From the human T2T-CHM13v2.0 reference genome, Homo sapiens, in assembly GCF_009914755.1 (NCBI RefSeq), contig NC_060926.1: a stretch of DNA of 64,000 bases. One strand, written 5' to 3'. The translations under genes and the position numbers were made by a program. The notes under the pieces were generated by a model. The model made no database searches and was not told where the DNA came from. It saw nothing but the letters and a program-made list of their open reading frames with translations. This document shows, in pieces, positions 45,830 to 57,395 of the stretch (positions are counted from its first letter, which is position 1; each line of letters opens with the position of its first letter).

Positions 45830-47499
45830 AAGTGTTGGGATGGCAAAAATTTTTTGGGGTGGTATGGAGAAATAATGGGCGATGTTTCTCAGGGCTGCTT
45901 CAAGAGGGATTAGGGGTGGCACGGGAACCTAGAGTGGGAGGGATTAAGCAGAAGGAAGATTTTGTGGTAAGGGGGGATATTGTGGGGTTGTTAGAAGAAA
46001 CATTTGTTGTGTAGAATTATTGATGATGGCCTGGATACAGTTTTGTATGAATCGAAAAGCTAAACGGAGTAAGAGAAGGAGAAAAACAGGTATTAAAGGA
46101 CTAAGAATTGGGAGGACCTAGGACATCTAATTAGAGAGTGTCCAAGGGGCTTCAGTGTAATTACTTGCTTGGCTGGCAAGTTTTTAGACTCTATCCTTGA
46201 GTTTTTTATGTTGTCACACACCAGGCCAGATTGATTTAGGTAAAAACAACACTCTTCATTTAAGAATACACAGAGTCCTCCATTTCCAGCAGTGAGTAAG
46301 TCAAGGCCTCAGCGGTTTTGGAGGACAACTGCAGCTAAAGAGTCAACTTGGGCCTGGAGGACTGAAAAAGTTTGTGATATGTCTGTGATGCTAGGAGAGA
46401 AGTCATTAGAGAGGCTACAGAAGGTCGTGAAAGAGGTTGAAATGCCTGCTATTCCAGTACCAAGAGCAATAGTGGAGGCAGAAAGTCTTAAACTGACAAG
46501 CAAGGGAATTAGTGGAATAACTTTTTTGTCGTGTTGGTGTCATGAGGGGAAGAAGGAGCTCTTCAGTCCTATTTGCAAATTGAATTTTGGGAGTAAGGAA
46601 AACTAGTGTGCATGTGCCTGTCCAATTAGCAGGTATACAGAAGTATGTAGAGGATCCACAGAGGAAGAAGAGACCTTGTGCGAGGCAAAACTGGAGATGC
46701 AAAGTAAAAAGATGAGAAGGAGTGCTGCAAAGGAGTGTCCTGTACCTAGACTCCTAGGGATCCAGCTAGGGCGGCAGCCGTCAGAGGTTGTAATGGGGAC
46801 TGATGAGGTAACTGTGAAGACGGGGAGATTCAGTTTTCATGGTGTGTGAAAAAACGTTGAGTACCTACGAGCAACCTTTCACTGTTATTTTCAGGGCTGG
46901 GTATAAGTAAACAAGAAGAGGGCTTTGGAGATGAACAGTAAAGGAACGTCGAGCAGGTGAAAGTTACCTAGGGGGATTGCAGTGGGTCTTTGCCTAGAGA
47001 TACATAAAGGAGCGGCCACAGGAATAGTAATTTGTGTTGTGAGAGGTCCAAATATGGGGGGAGTAGAGTTGATATAAGGAGAAAGGTTTTTGAAGTAAGT
47101 GTGGAATAGGGTGGCAGCTTGCTGATGTGAAATGTCTGGGGAGGTCTTGCTTGACCTGTCTAGAAAGTAAATAAGTTCTTCAGGAGGGTAAAGGTGAGGG
47201 CTGTTAAAGGAAGTTCAGAGGTGTAAGGAGACAGGAGATATTGCCCAGTCTGTGTTTAAGGTGGAGACAGCTGTGTAGGCACTGGAAGAAAGGGAAATGC
47301 AAAGCCAGCAGTTGTTCGCTAAGGAGAGATTAGAAATGGCTAGGAGAGAATGAGTAAGGTTGATAGTGTGGTGGAGATGGCTGGGGAGAAGTAGAGTGTG
47401 GCAAAAGAATGGGAATGAGAATACGAGTGACTCTAAAAGTAAAGAATAGAACTTCATCAGGGTGAAATTATTGGAGGGTCCCCTGCCAGCAAAGATCAT
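45830..47499 (-). pseudogene. HERV-H env remnant of the nested element
   Basis: signal peptide MIFAGR..LMKFYSLLL; GLFFLCGSSTY; ISD QVDSLAAVVLQNR*GLDLLTA with a CGA>TGA stop; frameshifts. Confidence 0.9.
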
Positions 47500-49390
47500 C
47501 TATCCACTCTAAGAGGGAATTAAGAGTTGCCAGTCCTGGGCATGGGCAAATCCTCAAGCTTAATGTGTAGGAAAGGGAGCAGGTCCGAATAATCCCTGAG
47601 GAGGAGTAGTAGAATAGCAGATGGAACACTGAGAAGTTATTTCCTTGAGGATAGATTTCCATGATGGAAAGGAAATGAGAGGTTCTGAGAGGTGGGCTGG
47701 TGGCTTGTACTATAGCATAGCCTGCCTTTGCTGGTGTGTGGCGATTAGGCCTGGTGGAACTGCGATCAATAAACCAAGTGTGTTCAGGGTGAGGAACAGG
47801 AAAGAAGGAAATATGGGGAAATGGGGTGAATGTCAGGTGGATCAGAGAGATACAGTCATGGGAGTCAGGTGTGGTACCCGGAATATTGTGGGAGGCTGGA
47901 TTGAAGTCCGGGCCAGGAACAATGGTAATTGTGGGAGACTCAACAAAGAGTGAGTACAGCTGAAGGAGCCAGGGAGCAGAAAGTATATGTGTCAGGTGTG
48001 AAGAAGAAAATAGATTTTGGAAGTTAGGAGAACTGTAGAGAGTGAGTTGAGCATAGTTCGTGATTTTTTGGGCCTCTAAAAGTATTAAAGCAGCGGCAGC
48101 CACTCTATGCAGACATGAGGGCTAGGCTAAAACAGTAAGGTGCAGTTGTTTGGACAGAAGGGCTACAGGGTGCGGTCCCAGCTGTTGTGTAAGAATTCTG
48201 ACCGCACTAACCATGCCTAGGAAGGAAAGGAGTTGTTTTGTAGAAGGGATTGGATTTTGGGAGATTAGTCCGACATGATCAGCAGGGAGAGCACGTGTTT
48301 TTATGAGAATTATGCCAAGATAGATAACAGATGAAGAGGAAATTTGGGCTTGACTGAAGTAATAGGAGCTGTCTGTGAAGACTTGCAGCTAATTTGCTGA
48401 GCCTGATGGGTGTCAGGGACAGTCCAAGTGAAAGCAAAGAGAGGCTGGGATGAAGGGTGCAAAGGAATAGTAAAGAAAGCATGTTTGAGATCCAGAACAG
48501 AATAATGGGTTGTGGAGGGAGGTATTGAGGCTAGGAGAGTATATGGGTTTGGCACCATGGGGTGGATAGGCAAAACAATTTGGTTGATAAGGCGCAGATC
48601 CTGAACTAACCTGTAAGCCTTGTCTGGTTTTAGGACAGGTAAAATGGGGGAATTGTAAGGGGAGTTTATAGGCTTTAAAAGGCCATGCTGTAGCAGGCGA
48701 GTGATAACAGGCTTTAATCCTTTTAAGGCATGCTGTGGGATGGGATATTGGCATTGAGCGGGGTAAGAGTGATTAGGTTTTAATGGGATGGTAAGGGGTG
48801 CATGATCGGTCACCAAGGAGGGAGTAGAGGTGTCTTATACTTGTGGGTTAAGGTGGGGAGATACAAGGTGAGGATGTGAAGGAGGCTTTGAACTGGGGGA
48901 AAAGGTGGCAACGAGGTGTGGTTGTGGCTCAGGAATAGTCAGGGAAGCAGATAACTTAGTTAAAGTGTCTTGGCCTAATAAGGGAACTGGGCAGGTGGGG
49001 ATAACTAAAAAGGAGTGCTTAAAAGAGTATTGGCTAAGTTGGCACCAGAGTTGGGGAGTTTTAAGAGGTTTAGAAGCCTGGCCATCAATACCCACAACAG
49101 TTATGAAGGCAAGGGAAACAGGCCCTTGAAAAGAATGTAATGTGGAGTGGTTAGCCTCCATAGAGATTAAGAAGGGGATGGACTTACCCACCACTGTGAG
49201 AGTTACCCGAAGCTCAGCATCCAAGATGGTTTAGGGGGCTTCCAAGGTGATCGGGCAGTGTCAGTCTTCAGACTCTAAACTGAGAAGATCTGGGAAGGAG
49301 TCAGTTAGAGAGTCTTGGGCCAGATTTCCAGGGGCTCTGTCAGTGGCTGCCAGGTGAGTTGAACAGTCTGATTTTCCATGGGGTCCCACA
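47500..49390 (-). pseudogene. HERV-H gag end/pro/pol remnant of the nested element
   Basis: RT motifs NSPILPVLKP, YRLVQDLR, LDLKHAFFTIPL; RNase H WFIDRSS; stops and deletions. Confidence 0.92.
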
Positions 49391-49846
49391 CACCCCCAGA
49401 AAAGTGGTACTTGCTGCTAAGGTTGAAGGACCAAGGCAGGCATCCCCATGTGGTCAGACACCTTTGAAACGTGGGTGAGTAATCAGGCAGGCGTCCCCGC
49501 GTGATTAAACACCAAGGGAAGAATGTCTTCCTGAGTCTGTGACTGGCATCAGAGTTTTGGGTCCACGGATGAAACGCATCTCCTTCATCTCTACCAGAAA
49601 AGGAAAGGAACTGAAATTAAGAGAAGGGAGAGATTGAAGTGTGGCGCCAAGATTGAAAGGAGAAAGAGGTTGAGGGATAGCAAGAGAGGTTGGAGAAGAG
49701 AGTAAAAAGAGGCTGCTTACCGGATTTAAAATTGGTGAGATGTTCCTTGGGCTGTTTGGTCTGAGGACCAGAGGTCGTACGTGGATCTTTCTCATGGAAC
49801 AAAGAGCAGGAGGACAGGGGATTGATCTCCTAAGGGAGGTTCCCCG

Positions 49847-49864
49847 ATCCGAGTCACGGCACCA
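49847..49864 (-). other. Primer binding site, tRNA-His (intact)
   Basis: minus strand reads TGGTGCCGTGACTCGGAT, 2 nt after the LTR end. Confidence 0.95.
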
Positions 49865-49866
49865 AA

Positions 49867-50281
49867 TTTCACTCGTGGCCATGTGAAGAGACCACCAAAC
49901 AGGCTTTCTGTGATCAACAAGGCTGTTAATTTCACCTGGGTGCAGGCAGGATGAGTCCAAAAAGAGAGTCAGTGAAGGGAGATAGGGGTGGGGCCGTTTT
50001 TATAAGATTTGGGTAGGTAAAGGAAAATTATAGTGAAAGGAGGGTTGTTCTCTGCCAGGCAGGAGTGGGGGTCACAAGGTGCTCAGTAGGGGAGCTTCTG
50101 AGCCACGATGAGCCAGGAGAAGGAATTTCACAAGATAATGTCATCGCTTAAGGCAGGAACAGTCCATTTTCACTTCTTTTGTGGTGGAATGTCATCATTT
50201 AAGGCAGGAACCGACCATCTGGATGTGTACGTGCAGGTCACAGGGGATATGATGGCTTAGCTTGGGCTCAGAGGCCTGACA
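49867..50281 (-). promoter_or_regulatory. Complete LTR7 (type I, two U3 repeats) of the nested element; candidate promoter firing leftward
   Basis: minus strand starts TGTCAGGCCTCTGAGCCCAAGCTAAGCC, two GTTCCTGCCTTAA..GATGACATT repeats, TATAAAA, ends GTGAAA. Confidence 0.9.
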
Positions 50282-51485
50282 CTGTTATCACTCTCCTGCT
50301 ACAGCATGGTCTTTTAAAGCATATAAACTCTCCTTACAATTCCCCCTTTTTACCTGTCCTAAAGCCAGACAAGCCTTACAGGTTAGTTCAGGATCTGCGC
50401 CTTATCAACCGAATTGTTTTGCCTATCCACCCCATGGTGGTGCCAAACCCATGTACTCTCCTATCCTCAATACCTCCCTCCACAACCCATTATTCTGCTC
50501 TAGATCTCAAACATGCTTTCTTTACTATTCCTTTGCACCCTTCATCCCAGCCTCTCTTCACTTTCACTTGGACTGACCCTGACACCCATCAGGCTCAGCA
50601 AATTACCTGGGCTGTACTGCCGCAAGGCTTCACAGACAGCTCCCATTACTTCAGTCAAGCCCAAATTTCATCCTCATCTGTTACCTATCTCGGCATAATT
50701 CTCATAAAAACACACGTGCTCTCCCTGCTGATTGTGTCCCGCTAATCTCCCAAACCTCAATCCCTTCTACAAAACAGCAACTCCTTTCCTTCCTAGGCAT
50801 GGTTAATGCAGTCAGAATTCTTACACAAGAGCCAGGACCACGCCCTGTAGCCTTTCTGTCCAAACAACTTGACCTTACTATTTTAGCCTAGCCCTCATGT
50901 CTGCATGCAGCGGCTGCCACTGCTTTAATACTTTTAGAAGCCCCAAAAATCACAAACTATGCTCAACTTACTCTCTACAGTTCTCCTAACTTCCAAAATC
51001 TATTTTCTTCCTCACACCTGACGCATATACTTTCTGCTCCCCGGCTCCTTCAGCTGTACTCACTCTTTGTTGAGTCTCCCACAATTACCATTGTTCCTGG
51101 CCCAGACTTCAATCCGGCCTCCCACATTATTCCTGATACCACACCTGAACCTCATGACTGTATCTCTCTGATCCACCTGACATTCACCCCATTTCCCCAT
51201 ATTTCCTTCTTTCCTGTTCCTCACCCTGATCACACTTGGTTTACTGATGGCAGTTCCACCAGGCCTAATCACCACACACTAGCAAAGGCAGGCTATGCTA
51301 TAGTACAAGCCACTAGCCTGCCTCTTAGAACCTCTCATTTCCTTTCCATCGTGGAAATCTATCCTCAAAGAAATCACTTCTCAATGTTCCATCTGCTATT
51401 CTACTACCCCTCAAGGATTGCTCAGGCCCCCTCCCTTTCCTACACATCAAGCTCGAGGATTTGCCCCCGCCCAGGACTGGCAAAC
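50282..51485 (+). pseudogene. HERV-H host internal region, part 2 (pol remnant; env absent)
   Basis: LDLKHAFFTIPLHP, WAVLPQGFTDS, YxDD region deleted; joins straight into the LTR after CCAGGACTGGCAAAC. Confidence 0.95.
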
Positions 51486-51747
51486 TGTGAAATTCCTTTT
51501 CCTGGCTCATCCTGGCTCAAAAGCTCCCCCACTGAGAACCTTGTGACCCCACCCCTCCCCACCAGAGAACATCCCCCTTTGACTGTAATTTTCCTTTACC
51601 TACCCAAATCCTATAAATCGGCCCCACCCCTATCTCCCTTCGCTGACTCACTTTTCAGACTCAGCTCGCCTGCACCCAGGTGATTAAAAAGCTTTATTGC
51701 TCACACAAAGCCTGTTTGGTGGTCTCTTCTCACCAACGCGAGTGAAA
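51486..51747 (+). mobile_element. HERV-H host 3' LTR, 5' part of U3 deleted
   Basis: TGTGAAATTCCTTTTCC...GTGATTAAAAAG...GAGTGAAA; shares private variants (CCTTTTCC, GAACATCCC) with the LTR at 43466. Confidence 0.93.
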
Positions 51748-53459
51748 TACTGGAATAGTGAATGAAACATGTTAGTGAGATGGTCTGAGGAAACCAGAAT
51801 AATATACTTACTTGAGGGAATCTTTTCATTTTTTTCTTTAAAAAATACGATTAAAAAATGATGTGGAACAACAAAAGGCCGTTTTTGTCCACACCTTTCA
51901 CTGATGTGATTTCCAAAGCTCCCCCGTCTCCCAAAGGCCTCCACTGATCTGATCATGGTCCTCCATACCACATCACTTTTTAGAAGCCTCAATTACAGTG
52001 TAGATCTCATGTGGAATGGTTAGGGTATAAGCCTAATATAATCTATATTTAAATGTAGGTAAATAACGAGGCTTTCAGGGAAAGGGACATTACAAGGCAA
52101 CTGACGGGTATGCAGGGGGCAGAGTGAGGAAGGGATATCTCAGAAATAGGCATAGATATTAAAGGAATCACAAGGGGACTGGGAGGAACCAGGAGTGTCA
52201 AGAGCCTGGGAGCCTGGTGAAAGAGAAAGGGAACATTGAAGGGGAAAGGGAGAAATCCCTGATAATAAAACATTTTGTTTACATACTCACTTTGCTTAGA
52301 GAAATGTACGTTCCTAAGGTAGATTTTAGATTTTTCAAAAGCTATTCTCTCTCTGAAGCTGAACTGTCTGAGGTATTATTTCAAATCTTGGCATTAGTCC
52401 CAATCACCGTGGATATACAGATACTATGTGTTCTGGCTCTAGATAATGAAGTCAAGTTTGTCTCTTCTGTAAACATGTATCCTGAATTTTCAAATATCTT
52501 TCAAAAGACTGGGCAGCAACAAAGCCTGTAATGAATACATAAATGTATGCATACATAATTAATTTCTGAACATGCAAACAATAAATAAAGTTCCAAAATA
52601 TTTTGGAACACAGTTGTACTTTGCAACTGGTTAGCAGAAATTATTTTAGTTTCAAAGAAGTCTTAATGTTTTATTTCAGAAATGAAAGTGAGAAGCTTCC
52701 CAGTCAACGCTATCCCTTTTAAACCTGAAGTGTTAGAAGGCAAGCAGAAATTTGTCTAAGTTCACAGATGTCTCCAGTCATCTACAGTAGATGTCACTAA
52801 GCATTTTCTAATATTTGCGTAGATGCTACTCATTCACTATTTGCTGAATTTTAGAAGGAAAAATTGACCTGTAACCAAAAATCAAGTAAAATAATCTGCA
52901 TTGACACTAGAAGAAAATAATCGCTTTTCTTAAAATATAAAGAATTATTATCGTGAGGCTTTGTTTACTTTGTTAAAATTTATTTAACATATTTCTTATG
53001 CATGTTAATATTTTGAAAGATGTCAATTAATTTTTACATGTTTCACAACATTACTGTTAAACTTTCAGCTCATTTAAATATGCCAAAAGTTATGATATTA
53101 GAACATAACAAATTTTGTTTGCTCTAAAGGAAAAGGGCTTATATTTACCTAAAACTTCCCATTTAGTATTTATATAAAAACTTCTTAGCATAGTATTTTC
53201 CTGTGGTGTTTCCTCAATAAAGTTTTGTTAGATAAATAAGGTTAAGTCACATGTCACATAAAATATTATTTTCAGAGGCTAGAAGCACTGTGTATTGAAG
53301 GTATAGTTTTTATGGCTTTTAAATAAAATGAGGAACTTCTGTAAGTACCTGTTTTGAAAATCGTTTCATTTCAAAACGAAAACCTAAAAGTTATTTGAAA
53401 TTGTATTCCAAACAAACCAATGGCAGAGGCAATGGCACCAAGAGGTAGCTCTTTCATAA

Positions 53460-53806
<347 letters not shown>

Positions 53807-54434
53807 TATTAAATCCTCTTTAAGGTGGAATATGTGAGTATGTGTGTATAGTATGTCTGTTAAGTAAGGAATGAGGTGTGGCTAAGTCCAGCGTTGGTAA
53901 GTAACACAGAATATATAATAGATATTCTAATTTTAATATATAATATGGAATAACAACCAAGATAAAGACAACATTTGAGAAAAATAATTTTAAGCAATTA
54001 TCCTTACCACTAAATTAAAGTCTGAATGTTTATTCAAGCAAATGTTTTGAAGATTGCCTAAATGTCTGCATTTCAGGAACCAACATTTTTCTTCTCTTCT
54101 TTAAATTTATCTTTGAATTAAACCGTATTTATTATTATTGAAGAATAAAACAGATGAATGATTGAATTAGTGAATATTATTATAAAATATGAGAAAATCA
54201 AGGCCTTCTTTCAGAATTCTCATCTCTTGAGAAGTTCATAAAACAGCAGCAGTGGTTCTGTTAATGAAAATAAAATTGCTGTGAATTAAAACACACCTTG
54301 AAAACCTCCAGCTTTTAGTTGAGATAGAATTACCCATGACAAAGTAAAAAATTTGGTTCACAGATTCTAGCATTTAGCATCAGTGATAAAAAGTAATGAA
54401 TGTAGTCCAAGTACTGAAGTCTCCCCCTGGAAAT

Positions 54435-54506
54435 TTCTCCTTCCCCTTTTCCTTCCTCCTCCTTCTCTTCCTCCTTTTTCTCCTCCTTTTCCTCATCCTC
54501 CTTCCC
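54435..54506. repeat. Pyrimidine-rich (TCC)-like low-complexity tract
   Basis: about 70 bp of almost only C/T. Confidence 0.8.
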
Positions 54507-54968
54507 GTTTCTTTTATTGCCATTAAGATAAAAAATGATTAACAGAGTCTCTAGCAGAGTCAATTTTACGATAATCAGTAACATATTAACAGAAGAATTT
54601 TTTTAATCTCAAAAGCATTTACAAATATTTACCAATATCCTGCTGTGAGGTCACCTTGTTGCTGAACTGAAACCACCTCTAGTGAAACACAAGAGCGATT
54701 TAGTAGAAACTCAAGCTTTTTTGGTGTTTAGTTCTGCAGCTGAAAGACAGAACCGTAGATTTTCAATTTTGCTCTGAAAGAGTTAAAGCAGAATTTTTCT
54801 TAGTTCCAAATGTAGTTTGTATTGTATTTGAAGCTCCTTTAAGGCTTGTGGCTATTCAGAAATTTCTCTGTGCATTAATTCAAATGTTTACACAGTTGGT
54901 AGTAAGGCTCATTCTCCTGTTATAGTGGTTTACAGCAATTTTACCTTCACTGTTGCCTGGACACTTGG

Positions 54969-55140
54969 CAGGGTGGCTTCATGGGTTTTAACCTATGCAG
55001 TTACACAGGGCCCCATGCCCAGAAAGGCCTCGTGCTTAGTTTAATGCTGTAATGTCACCATCTTGAAATTTTTATATTTTTAAACGAAAGACTCCATGCC
55101 TTTATTTTGCACTGGGTCCTACAAATGATGCAATGAGTAG
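54969..55140 (+). mobile_element. MER91A-like hAT-Tip100 MITE
   Basis: CAGGG..GGCTTCATGGG..ACAGGGCCCCATGC..GTCACCATCTTGAAATT..TTTTGCACTGGGTCC. Confidence 0.7.
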
Positions 55141-55899
55141 AGGCACCTTTTAAAAAGTACAGTAAGACTTCAAGGGTCTGGATGATCCCCAGAGACACAA
55201 GTACAAAATCTCTAGTGTTTGAGTACATGTGCCCATTTTGACAAGACAAACAGGGATTATATATACAGCCAGGCTTCTTCAGAGTGGTGTGTCACAATTC
55301 ACTGAATGAAAGGTAGAGTGATTAAAGTGATCTTTAATAGAAATGTGTAATTTCCTATGATACCAAAAGTTAAGTATCTTTAGAGTCTGTGAGCTAAACG
55401 ATATTACGTTCTGCTGGGAGAGTGCAATGATCTTATAGGCAAATAAAGGGAAAGAAGCCAGTATTACATGTAGCCACTATATCCTGAACATATTCCTGTC
55501 CAAACAATGACCCACCATACACTGAGGACATTGAAGGCAGAATTACTATGAAGATAATACTGATAGTACTACTTATATTTATAAAAAACCATACAGATTT
55601 TCTCACAATAATGATACTATTTGAGGTTTTCAATAACTCCATTAGATTCAGAGAAACTAAGTGAGTTATCAAAGCTCATGTAATGAGTAAGTTAGGATAA
55701 ACTTCAGACAAGTGTCTTTTAAATCAATATTCAGAGCCCTTTTTACCTCTATGTTCCATTTGTTGGAAGTAGTTGAGCCTCTTAGAAGAGGTGTCCCCAT
55801 AATGTGGTTTTATTGAAGTAGATGAAGTAACCTTTGGTTACCAGTGAGGATCTTAATACTAAAGAATCCTATATCAGGACCATCTTTATTATATGTTTA

Positions 55900-56286
55900 A
55901 ATGTTTAAAATTATGTTGAAATCCTAAAACATATTTAAATATGTTTAAATAGTTCAGATATTTAAATCCTAATCCCCAAGATGATGGTATTAGGAGGTAT
56001 GGTGTTTTGGAGGTGATTAGGTGATTAGGTTCTTGGCAGAGCCCTCATGAATGAAATTAGTGTCCTTATATAAGAGGCTACAATAGACTTCTAGTCCCTT
56101 TAGCCATGTGAGAACACAGCAAGAAGGCACCATTTATGAACAAGCAAGTAGGCCCTTAGCAGACAAAGAATCAGCCACCACCTTCATCTTGGACTTCTCA
56201 TCCTCTAGAAGCATAAGAAAAAAATTTCTATTGTTTATAAGCTACCTTGTTTATGGCATTTTATTATAGCAGCCTAGATGGACTAT
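55900..56286 (+). mobile_element. MLT1A-type MaLR LTR
   Basis: AAATCCTAATCCCCAAGATGATGGTATTAGGAGGT..GCCATGTGAGAACACAG..TTATAGCAGCCTAGATGGACTA. Confidence 0.8.
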
Positions 56287-57016
56287 TTTGTTGGTGGGGA
56301 AAGGGAATAGGGTGCCAAAAATGCTGTAGAAGAGAAGGGCAGAAGGGAGAGATGTGGAAAGGAAACCACTGAATTTTAGAATTAAAAGAAAACCCTTTAT
56401 GTTCTTTCATTTTGTTCATATACACCTCTTTCCCAATCCAACCTGCTGAAAAAGTCCTCTTAATAGCCACTGGAAGGATGAATTTTTACCTTAACATTTA
56501 CACCTGAGTCCTTCCTGTCAAAATACCACATGCCATTCCATTGTTGAAGAGCTCTAATTGCTTAAAAGGTCTGGCTCAGTTAAGCCAAAATTTGATTCCA
56601 TGTAAATTTGAATAAAATACAGTCTCTGCTCTCAACTCTAAAGAGGAATACAGCCATAAATGCATAATGCCAATACACATGCAATAAAAACTATAATACA
56701 GAAGTCCACACAAACTGTTTAGAAAATAAGAGTTGGCAGAGCACATTCTTGGGATTGCTGGAGAGTTCTACACAGTGCTTGCTTTTTGCCATGGTCTGTG
56801 AAGAATGGCAAGTTATTCAGACAGAAAGGAAGCAGCATGGAAGTTTTCTGATTGCTGATCAACCTGATTTTTAAAAATGTTTTAATATTCTATTACATTG
56901 CTGCTGCTTCTTTTTGGATGAAATAACTCACTCAAATAATTTTTAGATATTGTGTGTAGCATCCGCATCTGACCAAAAGAAAAGAAAAAAGAATATTCAT
57001 TCTTTTCTTTGCCCCA

Positions 57017-57395
57017 GGATATTGTTAGGCTTTGTGTCCCCACCCAAATCTCATCTTGGATTATAATCCCCATAATCCCTATGTGTCAAGGGAGAGACCA
57101 GGGAGAGGTAATAGGATCATGGGGGCAGTTTCCCCCATGCTATTCTCGTGATAGTGAGTGAGTTCTCATGACATCTGATGGTTTTATAAGAGGCTTTTCC
57201 CACTTTGCTTGGCACTTCTCATTCCTGCCACCTTGTGAAGAATGTGCCTTTCTTCCCCTTTGCCTTCTGCCATGATTGTAAGTTTCCTGAGGCCTCCTCA
57301 GCCATGCCTAACTGTGAGTCAGTTAAACCTCTTTCCTTTGTAAATTACCCAGACTTGAGCAGTTCTTCATAGCAGTGTGAAAATGGACTAATACA
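57017..57395 (+). mobile_element. THE1D-like MaLR solo LTR
   Basis: TTAGGCTTTGTGTCCCCACCCAAATCTCATC...GAAAATGGACTAATACA. Confidence 0.88.

Larger units (their letters stand above)
45787..50281 (-). mobile_element. Nested antisense HERV-H with a single (5') LTR, 5-bp TSD CTGTT
   Basis: CTGTT at 45782-45786 and 50282-50286; host pol resumes seamlessly (AAAGC-CTGTT-ATCACTC); order on the minus strand is LTR-PBS-leader-pro-pol-env-PPT. Confidence 0.95.

Noticed and set aside
45787-50281. Intramolecular autointegration or simple inversion of a single provirus
   Set aside because: pro-pol is present twice with divergent sequence, the LTR subtypes differ, and the host pol is continuous across a TSD.
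44634-51683. HERV-H gag/pol/env ORFs as expressed proteins (e.g. a captured env)
   Set aside because: Multiple stops and frameshifts, protease DTG degenerate, YxDD missing, stop codon inside the env ISD.
54330-54584. Glu/Lys-rich ORF
   Set aside because: Translation of a purine-rich low-complexity tract.
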